Shown here piece by piece: positions 15,729 through 25,514 of a DNA stretch of 28,893 bases. The DNA is taken from IMG/VR virus record IMGVR_UViG_3300042914_001903, positions 1 to 28,893 of that record, one strand, 5' to 3'. A model generated the notes under the pieces. The model was given only the letters and a program-made list of their open reading frames with translations, searched no databases and was not told the origin of the DNA. The DNA comes from a virus (taxonomy: Duplodnaviria; Caudoviricetes). The position numbers and the translations under genes were made by a program. The stretch's first letter is position 1. Each line of letters opens with the position of its first letter.

Positions 15729-16130
15729 ATGAATTTAGACGACCAAGTAGAATTACAATATGTCGCTGTATCAGCCAAGAAATTACAAACAGTTGAAAGA
15801 ATTGTAGAACTTGCCAAAGGCAGACCTACATTTGTTGATGGAGATAAAGATTGGGAAGTTATTTGGGAGTTATTTGTTTTGTGGTACACAGAGTATCCTG
15901 AGCAGTATCACGCCTTCCAAGAATCAGTTGCAACCATCAGAAAAGAACTTAAAGACGCTAATGGAATGATTAAAGAAGATGGTGCTGATTTGTGGCAAAG
16001 ACAGCTTGAGATTCCCGTAACTTTTTACAATATGATTAAAGCAATTTACCCACACCAAAAATGGGATAGGAAGTTTGTTGCAGGATTGGCTAGGAGGATA
16101 CCAATTCTTAAAGTTGCTGATAAAATATAA
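15729..16130 (+). CDS. hypothetical protein
   Basis: 133 aa from ATG 15729. Upstream in-frame ATGs fall inside the predicted promoter or hairpin. Confidence 0.65.
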   Translation: MNLDDQVELQYVAVSAKKLQTVERIVELAKGRPTFVDGDKDWEVIWELFVLWYTEYPEQYHAFQESVATIRKELKDANGMIKEDGADLWQRQLEIPVTFYNMIKAIYPHQKWDRKFVAGLARRIPILKVADKI

Positions 16131-16134
16131 AAAG

Positions 16135-16467
16135 ATGAATTACAACTATTTAAAACTGTCAAAGTTGAATTTATTAAAATTATCTAAGTGGGATTTAATT
16201 AATATACTTGATGCTAATGGAATTAACCAAGATACCCTAAAAGAAAAATTTATTACATACTTAGAAATTAGCCACCAGAGGCTAGCCCACCAAACCTATA
16301 TGGATTGGAGATTAAAATTAGCAGGTACTTATAATCACTTTTATAGAAAAGAAACAAATAAAATTAAATTATTTTTAATTAGAAGTTATTATAGGTATCA
16401 AGTTAATAAAAGTTATAAAAAGCTAAATGAAATAGAAAGGACTTTATTTGCCCTTAAAAATGATTAA
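16135..16467 (+). CDS. hypothetical AT-rich basic protein
   Basis: 110 aa from ATG 16135, fills the gap and overlaps the next start. Confidence 0.5.
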   Translation: MNYNYLKLSKLNLLKLSKWDLINILDANGINQDTLKEKFITYLEISHQRLAHQTYMDWRLKLAGTYNHFYRKETNKIKLFLIRSYYRYQVNKSYKKLNEIERTLFALKND

Positions 16468-18256
16468 AGTAGCCCTCACCTACATCATCAAAGACGATTC
16501 CCAAAAAGAAGAATTTGAAAAATCCCTTAAATCTTTTACCCCATATTTTGACAAGGTATATGTAGCCGTTACAGGTCCGTCAGGTAAACATTCTGAGATA
16601 CATAAACTTGTTAAGAAGTATGGAGGTTACTCTATCTCAACCTCACCTGAAACACACCCACAAATCTATCATCAATGGGAAGAAGGTAAGTGGGAGTTTG
16701 CTAGGTTTCATGAGGCAAGACAAGTTGTGTGGGATATGGTACCTGCTGATAAATATGACTACATCTCTTGGGCTGACCATGATGATATTTTAATTGGTGG
16801 TGAGGAGATTCAAGGACTACTTAAACAAGCAACTGAAAAAGATTTAGATTTAATTTACTGCACCTATTGGTACTCAAATATCTTTGATGAAAAAGGTAAT
16901 GTTAAAAAAACAGTTATCATGCACGAAAGAGAAAGGTTTGTTAGACCTGATGTGTCTAAATGGAAATCACACCTACATGAGGTTTTAATCCCTACTAAAC
17001 CAAATCTAAAGATGAGTCCTTATTCAAGAAGTGTAGAGGAAGGAAGAAACCTAGTTTGGGTACATACTGCAAACTTAGAAAACTCACACGCTTCATTGCA
17101 AAGAAATATACGAATACTTGAACTACAAGCTAAAGAAGAAAACTATACAGATCCAAGAACCCTATTTTACTTGGCTAAAACTTACTATGACTTAGGTCCA
17201 AATCATTTTGAAACTGCTTTGAAATACATTGATATGTATATTCCAATGTCAGGATGGGAAGAAGAAATTGGTAACGCTCACGAATACAGAGGAATGATTT
17301 TATCAAGATTTGGTAGAAATAAAGAAGCAATAGATGCCTATAAACTATCAACAGTATATTTTCCAACTAACCACACATCTTATCTAAAACTAGCAGAGCT
17401 TCTAATTATTGAAAATAACCTGCCACTAGCTACTCATTACATCAAAGTATTTGAAGCTTTAGGTCCTGTAACTTCTAAAGCTACTATATCCTCACCCCTT
17501 GAGGTTGAGATGCTTTACTATTCAATTAAATGGCAACAAGCTCACAAGGAAGGAAAACTTGATGAGTGTTTAACTTGGGCTAAGAAAAGACACGAGTTAG
17601 TACAAGATAGACTACTTGAGGACACTATCTACCTAAAAGAATCTGAGATGTTAGCACAAGGGTTTTTAAACCTAGCAACATTTTATTTAAAGAACAAAAT
17701 GTATGAAGAAGTCAAAGCACTTCTTGATATGACCCCTAAAGCATTTGAGGGGGAAGAATTTATTAAAAGAATAATGTCTCAAGTTCCTGGAGTTAAACAT
17801 GATGATAAGTCTATTGTCTATTTTGCTTCCTTCTATGGACCACATTTTGAGAAATGGAACGGAGATAACTTAAAAGTAGGTATCGGTGGTTCTGAATCTG
17901 CAGTAATTTATCTTTCAGAGGAGTGGGTAAAGCTAGGTTATGATGTTACTGTTTACTGCGATACAGAGGAAGATAAGGTTATCAATGGAGTTAAATACAA
18001 GAAATATTGGAAAGTTAATTTTAATGATGAGTTTAATATCTTTATCTCTTGGAGAACTCCTGCTTTCTTAGACTTTAACATCAAGACTAGAAAACACTTT
18101 GTAGATTTACACGATATAGTAAATGCTTCTGATTGGTTTGAATCAAGATGCGAGAAAGTTGATAAAGTGTTTTTCAAATCTAAATGGCACGCAAGGCAGA
18201 TACCACAACTTGAATTAGATAAACGAGTAGTTATTTCCAATGGAATTACATTATGA
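16460..18256 (+). CDS. GT2-like glycosyltransferase + TPR repeats + N-terminal half of a GT-B (GT4-like) glycosyltransferase
   Basis: GT-A N-terminus with YISWADHDD (DxD-like) and WKSHLHEVL; TPRs (DPRTLFYLAKTYYD, AHEYRGMILSRFGRNKEAIDAY); GIGGSESAVIYLSEEWVKLGYDVTVY...DLHD...KSKWH...VISNGI. Confidence 0.85.
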   Translation: MIKVALTYIIKDDSQKEEFEKSLKSFTPYFDKVYVAVTGPSGKHSEIHKLVKKYGGYSISTSPETHPQIYHQWEEGKWEFARFHEARQVVWDMVPADKYDYISWADHDDILIGGEEIQGLLKQATEKDLDLIYCTYWYSNIFDEKGNVKKTVIMHERERFVRPDVSKWKSHLHEVLIPTKPNLKMSPYSRSVEEGRNLVWVHTANLENSHASLQRNIRILELQAKEENYTDPRTLFYLAKTYYDLGPNHFETALKYIDMYIPMSGWEEEIGNAHEYRGMILSRFGRNKEAIDAYKLSTVYFPTNHTSYLKLAELLIIENNLPLATHYIKVFEALGPVTSKATISSPLEVEMLYYSIKWQQAHKEGKLDECLTWAKKRHELVQDRLLEDTIYLKESEMLAQGFLNLATFYLKNKMYEEVKALLDMTPKAFEGEEFIKRIMSQVPGVKHDDKSIVYFASFYGPHFEKWNGDNLKVGIGGSESAVIYLSEEWVKLGYDVTVYCDTEEDKVINGVKYKKYWKVNFNDEFNIFISWRTPAFLDFNIKTRKHFVDLHDIVNASDWFESRCEKVDKVFFKSKWHARQIPQLELDKRVVISNGITL

Positions 18257-18807
18257 AACTAATCTATAAGTCGAGCTATGATAGAGGCTTAATTCACTTA
18301 CTACAAATGTGGTCTGAAATTAAAAAAGAAGTACCTGAAGCAACTCTTTCAATTTACTATGGCTGGAATTTATTTGACAAGGGTCATGCTAATAACCCAC
18401 AGATGATGAAGTGGAAAGAGAATATGATAAAAATGATGCAACAGGAAGGTATAACTGAGTATGGTAGGGTATCTAAAGAAGAACTAGACAAGGCTACAGC
18501 AAATGCAGATATATGGGCATACCCTACACATTTTGGAGAAACGAACTGCATAACTGCCCTAGATAGTTTAAAACTAGGTTGTGTGCCTGTAACTATTGCT
18601 TATGCAGGGTTACTCGATACTGTTTATGCAGGTGTTTTAATTGATGGAGATATATATGAAGAAGCAACTAGAAAAGAATTTGTTAAAGAATTAATTTCTT
18701 TGTGGAAGGACAAGGAAAGACTTGCCAAGGAGAAGCAAAAGGGTATAGATGGTGCAAAGAATTTTGAGTGGAAGAGAATTGCTAAACTTTGGACAGACCA
18801 CTTCTAA
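18253..18807 (+). CDS. C-terminal nucleotide-sugar-binding half of GT-B (GT4-like) glycosyltransferase
   Basis: LIYKSSYDRGL, GRVSKEEL, ADIWAYPTHFGETNCITALDSLKLGCVPV (E-x7-D motif). Confidence 0.88.
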   Translation: MKLIYKSSYDRGLIHLLQMWSEIKKEVPEATLSIYYGWNLFDKGHANNPQMMKWKENMIKMMQQEGITEYGRVSKEELDKATANADIWAYPTHFGETNCITALDSLKLGCVPVTIAYAGLLDTVYAGVLIDGDIYEEATRKEFVKELISLWKDKERLAKEKQKGIDGAKNFEWKRIAKLWTDHF

Positions 18808-19689
18808 ATGAGAGGTAAGAAACTAGCGTTTATTTATACAGACTATAAACCTGCTGATTACTATTTTGGGTTACATAATGGTCTATTTGAATCCTTTAAC
18901 CATTTAAATAAAAACTTTGAGATGATGGTGTTTGCCTACACCGACCAAATGAACACGTTAAGAAGACCTAAGTTTGATATTAATTTTAGAAACACAGATA
19001 AGGCTATTGAGTTTGGAGTTAACGAGTATTTTGATCCAACACATATCTATTTTGTTGGCAGTACTAACTATGACTATGCTAAATTTAGAACTAAGAAAGT
19101 ACCTAAATATTTAATCCATAAGGGTAATAACCATAACTCTGAGTTATATGATTTCTTTGACCATGTGTTTGTTGAAACACAAGAAGAAGTTAAAAACTAT
19201 AAATCTGCTAGTGTTGCAGTACCTGTTAATACTAAATCATATTTCCCACAACTTACAGAAAAATATTTTACATTTTGTTTTCCACAGGATTTGTCAGTTG
19301 GAAAACTAGATTTCTTTTCAAAAGTTAGAGTATATGGCTCTATTTCACAAACTTTAAATTCAACTGTCAAACTTCCTCTTGATGCCACAAGTACTCTAAC
19401 TACAGTAATAAATCAATCTAAAGCTGTGTCTTTAATTGAAGATACTAACGAGTCATTTGAAATCGCATTATCAGCACTAGCTTGTAACGTACCTGTACTT
19501 GCTACGCTTGATTCTAAGGCATCTAAAATACCTGCTGTAGTCAAATCTATGGCAACTACTCCTGACTTCACCATAGCCATGCTAGAGGCTTTAAACTTAG
19601 AAAATAAACATAACTTTAGAGATGAGTATATAATTCCAAACTATTCTCCAAAGACATTTGCAAAGGTTATAATGGACACAATTTTATGA
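18808..19689 (+). CDS. divergent GT-B glycosyltransferase-like protein
   Basis: ESFEIALSALACNVPVLAT resembles the GT4 E..G...LEA.A.G.PV motif, with C-terminal REY....YS...A. Located within the GT cluster. Confidence 0.6.
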   Translation: MRGKKLAFIYTDYKPADYYFGLHNGLFESFNHLNKNFEMMVFAYTDQMNTLRRPKFDINFRNTDKAIEFGVNEYFDPTHIYFVGSTNYDYAKFRTKKVPKYLIHKGNNHNSELYDFFDHVFVETQEEVKNYKSASVAVPVNTKSYFPQLTEKYFTFCFPQDLSVGKLDFFSKVRVYGSISQTLNSTVKLPLDATSTLTTVINQSKAVSLIEDTNESFEIALSALACNVPVLATLDSKASKIPAVVKSMATTPDFTIAMLEALNLENKHNFRDEYIIPNYSPKTFAKVIMDTIL

Positions 19690-20117
19690 AAAAAGTACTA
19701 ACAATAGGAACATTTGATTTGCTTCATGTAGGACATATAGATTTATTTAAACAATGTAGGTACCTTGCAGGTGAGGGTGGAACTGTTTTTGTTGCCATTA
19801 ACGCAGATGAATTTGTAGAAAGATATAAAGGTAAAAGACCTGTTATCCATCAAGGAGATAGGATTGTTATGATTGATGCTTGTCGTTATGTAGACTTTGC
19901 ATATTTTCACGAATCAGGAGAAGATTGCAGAGAAACTATTGAAAAAGTTAAACCTGATATTTTAGTTGTAGGTTCTGATTGGTTATCTAAAAACTATTTA
20001 AATCAAATTGGGATTATTCCTGAATACCTTGAAGATAATGAAATTACTTTAGTTTATACACCTAGAAAACACGAGTCTAGTACCAAGATAAAACAAAGGT
20101 TAGTAAATGAAAGTTAG
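19686..20117 (+). CDS. cytidylyltransferase/adenylyltransferase (TagD/RfaE-II-like)
   Basis: GTFDLLHVGH (HxGH motif), YKGKRPV, VVGSDW, SSTKIK. Confidence 0.92.
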   Translation: MKKVLTIGTFDLLHVGHIDLFKQCRYLAGEGGTVFVAINADEFVERYKGKRPVIHQGDRIVMIDACRYVDFAYFHESGEDCRETIEKVKPDILVVGSDWLSKNYLNQIGIIPEYLEDNEITLVYTPRKHESSTKIKQRLVNES

Positions 20118-20658
20118 TGTTGTTATCTCATCTTTATGGACTTCGGAAGGTAAAGCTAAGATGCTTTATGATTGTATGGAAAATCTTGTTGGTGCAGATG
20201 AAATATTAGCTTTAGTTAATCCAATAAAGGCTCATATAGGGTTTGCTGATGCTTGGAATAGAATAGCAACTTTAGCTACTGGAGATTATATAGTGTTTGT
20301 AGGTGACGCAAATTATCAAACTGAGGGTAACTTAAAAGAAATGTGTATCCCTGATACTGTTACTTACCCTAAATTAAATGGAAAATTTGATGCACTTCCA
20401 TGGATTTTTTGTGTTCCTAAAAATATTTACGAACAAATAGGTTTATACGATATGAGATTTAACGAAGGTTCCCATTGGGAAGATACAGACTTTTGGAGAA
20501 GAATTAGAGCAAACAATATAAAAATAGCTCCTATTGAATTTGTTAATTTTAATAAACCTGTTAATGGAACAAGCATAAGGCACATTGAAAACTCACAAGG
20601 GAGAATTGAAAGAAATAAACAACTATACTTTGAAAAATGGGGAGATAACGATTACTAA
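20107..20658 (+). CDS. GT2-family glycosyltransferase
   Basis: VSVVI, GFADAWN...ATGDYIVFV, IGLYDMRF....WEDTDF, RNKQLYFEKW. Confidence 0.85.
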   Translation: MKVSVVISSLWTSEGKAKMLYDCMENLVGADEILALVNPIKAHIGFADAWNRIATLATGDYIVFVGDANYQTEGNLKEMCIPDTVTYPKLNGKFDALPWIFCVPKNIYEQIGLYDMRFNEGSHWEDTDFWRRIRANNIKIAPIEFVNFNKPVNGTSIRHIENSQGRIERNKQLYFEKWGDNDY

Positions 20659-21050
20659 TGGCTGGGGGTAAAACTGCAAGACGTAAAGGACATAACTTTG
20701 AAAGAGAAGTGGCAATCATGCTTAGACCCTATTACCCTGATGCTAAAAGGCAACTTGAGTATCAAGAAGGTCTTGGATACGATATTCAAGGTACTGGCGA
20801 CTTATCAATTCAATGCAAGGTCGGGAAATCATTTAAAATTGAAAAAGCGTTAAAAGAAGCAGAACAACCAAATAAAATACCTGTAGCAATAACTAAAAAA
20901 GATAGAGAAGATATTGTAGTTTCAATGTATTGGAAAGACTTTGAGTTTTTCTTAATAAGTTACCTTGATAATAAAGATAAAATCTATGTAAGACCTCCTG
21001 TTAAAAAGAAACCTAAAGCACCTGCAGTTGAAAAACCATCAATAAATTAG
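20658..21050 (+). CDS. PD-(D/E)xK nuclease, Holliday junction resolvase-like
   Basis: ARRKGHNFEREVA ... D ... IQCK catalytic pattern. Confidence 0.8.
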   Translation: MAGGKTARRKGHNFEREVAIMLRPYYPDAKRQLEYQEGLGYDIQGTGDLSIQCKVGKSFKIEKALKEAEQPNKIPVAITKKDREDIVVSMYWKDFEFFLISYLDNKDKIYVRPPVKKKPKAPAVEKPSIN

Positions 21051-21062
21051 TATTTATAAACT
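21028..21062 (+). promoter_or_regulatory. late-type promoter motif copy 6
   Basis: TTGA-N15-TTAGTATT-N8-ATG(21063). Confidence 0.7.
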
Positions 21063-21431
21063 ATGCTCGGAGCAGAAGACGTCAAGAAAGTACAATTAGA
21101 AACCCCTGTTATAGCACCAATTATTGAGGAAGTTAAACCTCAAGATGTGGTTATACCTGGTGAAATGGCAAAGCTAAAAGTAGCTGAGATGTTTGGTATT
21201 AACTCTTATGACGTTGGTAAATACGAACACGATATCAATAGGATCCTAGAGTACGTTAATACTTTTAATCCACAAAATATGGATGACATTATCTATTACA
21301 TAAAATCTTTAGGTGCTAGACTTGGCACCAACAACCTAGAAAAACAAATTAAAACTATGTCTAGGTATTTATTTTTAAACAATCAAAAACAACAAATTGA
21401 AAGAGATTTAGAAAGGATGACCAATGGCTAA
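21063..21431 (+). CDS. hypothetical protein
   Basis: 122 aa starting at the motif-defined +1. Confidence 0.7.
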   Translation: MLGAEDVKKVQLETPVIAPIIEEVKPQDVVIPGEMAKLKVAEMFGINSYDVGKYEHDINRILEYVNTFNPQNMDDIIYYIKSLGARLGTNNLEKQIKTMSRYLFLNNQKQQIERDLERMTNG

Positions 21432-21750
21432 CTTAAATTCTGTTGATGCAATGGGAAGTGGTATTAACTCCCCTGAAGCATTAATGATGTACGAACAATT
21501 CGGAAGAGTTGGTAATTCTACATCAGGTCAAGCTTTCAATAGAACTAGAGAAGTTGATGAAACTCAGCTTATTGATGTTGTTGGTTCTGATATTTATATT
21601 GGATACGCTGTTCCTGGAACTGCAACATCTGCTGCTTCTTGGAAAATAAAAAGGGTTAATACTGTTAATCCTATAAGTATTTATTGGGCTGATTCTTCTA
21701 CACTTTACAATAAGTCTTGGGATTCACGAGCTACCTATTCCTACGCATGA
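21424..21750 (+). CDS. small putative virion protein
   Basis: 108 aa. YIGYAVPGTATSAASWKIKR...WAD....NKSWDSRATYSY is a pattern recalled from phage structural regions. Confidence 0.6.
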   Translation: MANLNSVDAMGSGINSPEALMMYEQFGRVGNSTSGQAFNRTREVDETQLIDVVGSDIYIGYAVPGTATSAASWKIKRVNTVNPISIYWADSSTLYNKSWDSRATYSYA

Positions 21751-22802
21751 GTACTATAATTCCATATTGGGATCCCATTTTAAATAAGCTTAGAAATTCG
21801 GACGTAGCTTTAATTTCTCTTGCTACACTTGTAGTTACTGACCCTGTAATAGTAAATAATCTAATCGTAAACTCAAATGCAACCATTGCTGGAACTCTTA
21901 GAACAACTAATCTTGTTACTTCTTCAACTATTTCAACTAATCTTATCAATACTTCTCGTATTATTGCCTCTACTGCAACAATTAATACAGCACATATATC
22001 AAACATTGATTGGAACTTAACCTCTGGAGCAACTTTATCTTCAGAAGGACAGATGAATTGGGTAAATGATATTGGAACTACAGTTGTAGGTCTTGCTGGT
22101 GGAACAGTTGATGTGGCTCTTGGTATGGAAAATGTCTTTCCTAAAAGAGTAAGAAACTCAACAGGTTCTACAATGCCAAAAGGTACAGCAGTTTATATCA
22201 ACGGGGTTTCTGGAAACACTCCAACAGTAGAAAGAGCTATTGCAACATCAGATATGACTTCTGCTTTTACTTTAGGGTTAACTGCAGAAACTATTAATGA
22301 TGGTGCAACAGGTTGGGTAACTACATTTGGAGAAATTACAGGATTAAATTTATCATCTTTTAGTGCTGGAAACACTCTTTATCTATCAGGTGCAACTGCA
22401 GGTTATTACACTAATGTTCCAACAAAAGCACCAACACATTATGTAAGACTTGGAACAGTTGTTAAAGCAACTACTGATGGTTCTTTAGTTGTTAATGTTA
22501 TTAATGGCTATGAGTTAGATGAGTTACATAATGTTGTAATCGCATCTTTAGCATCAGGTCAAATTTTAATTAGTGGAGCATCTCAATTTTGGTATAACAA
22601 AAGCCTAACTTCTGTACTTCCTCCTAGTGTTTCAGCACTTGCTTCCTTAACTGATGTTTCTTTTGTTTCTTTAGCCACAGGAAATTACTTAAAATATAAT
22701 GGTTCTAATTGGACAAATGATGATGTATTTATTAACATAGATGGTGGGAGTGCAAATGCAGTTTATTTAATCTCCCAAAATATTAATGGAGGAAACGCAT
22801 AA
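21747..22802 (+). CDS. Ser/Thr-rich fibre/decoration-type virion protein
   Basis: 351 aa from ATG 21747 (ATGA overlap). Contains 10-residue beta repeats, VRNSTGSTMPKGTAVYI, and LDELHNV / LASLTDV fibre repeats. Confidence 0.7.
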   Translation: MSTIIPYWDPILNKLRNSDVALISLATLVVTDPVIVNNLIVNSNATIAGTLRTTNLVTSSTISTNLINTSRIIASTATINTAHISNIDWNLTSGATLSSEGQMNWVNDIGTTVVGLAGGTVDVALGMENVFPKRVRNSTGSTMPKGTAVYINGVSGNTPTVERAIATSDMTSAFTLGLTAETINDGATGWVTTFGEITGLNLSSFSAGNTLYLSGATAGYYTNVPTKAPTHYVRLGTVVKATTDGSLVVNVINGYELDELHNVVIASLASGQILISGASQFWYNKSLTSVLPPSVSALASLTDVSFVSLATGNYLKYNGSNWTNDDVFINIDGGSANAVYLISQNINGGNA

Positions 22803-25513
22803 TGGCACAGCAAATACAAATTAGAAGAGATACATCAACAAACTGGTCATCAGTAAATCCTACACTTGCTCAAGGAGAATTTGGACTTGAAACTGATTCA
22901 GGGAAATTAAAAGTTGGTAATGGAACTTCTGCTTGGAACTCTTTAGCCTACTTTGGTGGTGCTGGTGCTTTAGCATCTTTAACTGATGTTTCTATATCAT
23001 CTCTTGCATCTGGGCAAGTTATTTTATCTAATGGTTCTTCACAATTTTTAAATTTATCTTTGGGTAGCTTAGTAAATCAATTAGTTTCTTTTTCATCACT
23101 TGGTTCTTTAGCTGTAATGAACCAACTATCTTATGGTTCAATTTTAAATACCCCAAGTTTAGGTTCTTTAGCTGCAATGAATCAACTTTCATTTACAAGT
23201 CTAACTAACCAACCAAGTTTAAGTTCTTTAGCTTTTCAAGCAACATTAGATTACACATCAAATCAATTAACAAACAAACCAAGTTTAGGTTCTCTAGCAG
23301 AAATGAACCAACTATCCTTTACAAGTTTAACTAATCAACCATCTTTATCATCTCTTGCCTACCAAGCTACAGTTGATTATTTAACCCAAATCACAAACAA
23401 ACCAAGTTTAGGTTCTTTAGCAGTTCTCAATGATTATTCTTATACCTCACTTTTAAATTTACCAAGTTTAGGTTCATTAGCAGTTCTTAATTCATTAACT
23501 AAATCTGATGTAGGTTTAGGTAATGTAACTAATGATGCTCAGCTTAAGATTGCATCTAACTTATCTGACTTAAATAACATTGAAACTGCAAGAGGTAACC
23601 TATCATTAGGTTCTTTAGCAGTTCTAAACACAGTATCAGCACAACTACCATCAACTGCATCTGTTGATATTTTATATTCAAATGGAATTGTAAATTCATC
23701 AACAGTTTCAACTGACTTTTTATATGCAAACAATTTATTTGCCTCAACAATCTCAACAGGAATTATAAATGCAATAGGTGGAGTATTTGCTTCTACAGTT
23801 TCTTCACATATTTTAAGGTCAAGTGGAATGCTTGTAGCTTCTACAGCTTCTATAAGAATTATTAGAGGTTCATCTGGAACTTGGACAGGTACTTTAACAT
23901 CTGCTAATTTATCAGGTACAAATACTGGTGACCAAATTATGCCATTTTACGGAGATGGTTCAGATGCAACTGTAAACCTTGATGGTACAGGAAGCACTAA
24001 TACCCTACCATTTGTTTCTTATAATGCTTCAACACAAACATATACACAGTTAAGGGATATTTATGCAGATTCATTTTATTTGGCTAATGGATACACACTT
24101 TTAACATCTGGGTACAGAATTTTTGCTCTTTCAGGATTTACTAATGATGGAACAATATCAAATAATGGAGGTAATGCTTCAGCTAATACAGCAGGAACAG
24201 GTGCTACTGGTGGATTTTTTAGAGCTGGGGGTAATGGGGCTGCTGGACTTGGTACTGGTGCTGTAGCTGGGTCTGGAGCAGTATCACCACTACCAACTGT
24301 TAACACTTATATAGGAAATGTAGGTGGAAGAGGTGCAAGTGCAAGGTCTGCAATAACTGATAGAGTTGCAAACAATGTAGCATTAGCTTCTTTAACCTCT
24401 CCTGTTTTAGGTGGAAAACAATTAATTGGGAACTTTTTTACTTATCAAAACCCACTAATATCCCCAACTGTAACTACAGTAGCTCAACCAACTTACACAG
24501 TAGGTGGTGGTGCAGGTTCTAAATCTGCAACAGGTACTGGTGCTACTTCTGGTGCTGGTGGTGGAGGTGGAGGTGTTGTGTTTATTGCCTCACCTCAAAT
24601 GACAAGTTTAGGAGCTATAGAAGCAAAAGGTGGTAATGGTGGTAATGCTACTGGAACTGGAGGTATATTTGGAGGTGGGGGAGGTGGTCAAGGTGGTTAT
24701 GTAATTTTACATACTGCTACTTCATGGGGATTTGATGGGGTTACTGTTCCAACTGTATCTGGGGGATTAGGTGGAACTTCAGCAGGTAATGCTAACACAC
24801 TTGCTCTTGGAAGAAGTGATGCCACTATATTTTTATCAACTGCTACTGTTCAATATCTAAATATAAGACCAAATCAAGCATTAAATGAGGGCTCTTATTA
24901 TCTGATGGCTGTTCATGTTTCTTATGATGCAGGAAGTACAGTAGGAGTTAATAATTTTGACATTGGTGGAATGGGAATGTCATTTACAGAAGTTGCTCAA
25001 GTAGCATTTGGAACTATTGCAAATCCAACAAGGTCTTTATTTTTATTCAGAGGTTATTTATTAAATCCAAATGATGACCAATTACAAGATAGAATATTTA
25101 TAAATTTTACTAATCCTGTTAATACCATCAGAATAACTCTTGATGAAATTCAAAATACAGCACAACATGAGGGTAACAGTCCTTATGTAAATTTTGCTAC
25201 CAACTCAAGTGATAGTGCTACAACAGCAGTTACAAATTTAGGTTATACCCCAACTACAAATAATACTCAATACACAGTAGTTGCAACAAGTGTAGGTAGT
25301 GCTTTTGCAGGTGGTACAGGTGTTACACTTTTGACTAATGTGGCAACTGACCCAAGAGTTGTATCAGGACTTGCATTATCAAGAGTTTCAAGCAGTATTG
25401 CATGGACAACAGCTGCAGCTTATGGTGCTATTACTGTTGATTTATCACAACCAACAGCACAAGAAGGTGGTAGACCAGGAGCTGGGGGAAGGGTTATTTA
25501 TTTCACTTCATAA
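22802..25513 (+). CDS. tail fibre protein with Mtd_N-like N-terminal domain
   Basis: IQIRRDTSTNWSSVNPTLAQGEFGLETDSGKLKVGNG..AWNSL (Mtd_N/hyaluronidase-N-like), SLGSLA repeats, LKIASNLSDL...ARGNL fibre motif, Gly-rich region. Confidence 0.85.
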   Translation: MAQQIQIRRDTSTNWSSVNPTLAQGEFGLETDSGKLKVGNGTSAWNSLAYFGGAGALASLTDVSISSLASGQVILSNGSSQFLNLSLGSLVNQLVSFSSLGSLAVMNQLSYGSILNTPSLGSLAAMNQLSFTSLTNQPSLSSLAFQATLDYTSNQLTNKPSLGSLAEMNQLSFTSLTNQPSLSSLAYQATVDYLTQITNKPSLGSLAVLNDYSYTSLLNLPSLGSLAVLNSLTKSDVGLGNVTNDAQLKIASNLSDLNNIETARGNLSLGSLAVLNTVSAQLPSTASVDILYSNGIVNSSTVSTDFLYANNLFASTISTGIINAIGGVFASTVSSHILRSSGMLVASTASIRIIRGSSGTWTGTLTSANLSGTNTGDQIMPFYGDGSDATVNLDGTGSTNTLPFVSYNASTQTYTQLRDIYADSFYLANGYTLLTSGYRIFALSGFTNDGTISNNGGNASANTAGTGATGGFFRAGGNGAAGLGTGAVAGSGAVSPLPTVNTYIGNVGGRGASARSAITDRVANNVALASLTSPVLGGKQLIGNFFTYQNPLISPTVTTVAQPTYTVGGGAGSKSATGTGATSGAGGGGGGVVFIASPQMTSLGAIEAKGGNGGNATGTGGIFGGGGGGQGGYVILHTATSWGFDGVTVPTVSGGLGGTSAGNANTLALGRSDATIFLSTATVQYLNIRPNQALNEGSYYLMAVHVSYDAGSTVGVNNFDIGGMGMSFTEVAQVAFGTIANPTRSLFLFRGYLLNPNDDQLQDRIFINFTNPVNTIRITLDEIQNTAQHEGNSPYVNFATNSSDSATTAVTNLGYTPTTNNTQYTVVATSVGSAFAGGTGVTLLTNVATDPRVVSGLALSRVSSSIAWTTAAAYGAITVDLSQPTAQEGGRPGAGGRVIYFTS
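23096..23491 (+). repeat. coding tandem repeat, seven units of about 20-22 aa (PSL[GS]SLA...)
   Basis: Recurrent ccaagtttaggttc(t/a)ttagc at about 60-66 nt period, in frame. An eighth SLGSLAVLN lies near 23602. Confidence 0.9.
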
Positions 25514-25514
25514 T

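Noticed and set aside
23096-23491. Regularly spaced ~20-nt repeats resembling a CRISPR array
   Set aside because: Repeats are degenerate at codon third positions, in frame within the tail fibre, and the intervening sequences are similar to one another. No cas genes are present.
22802-25513. Diversity-generating retroelement target suggested by the Mtd_N-like domain
   Set aside because: No reverse transcriptase and no template/variable repeat pair with adenine-specific mismatches seen in this window. Mtd_N-like domains are common without DGRs.
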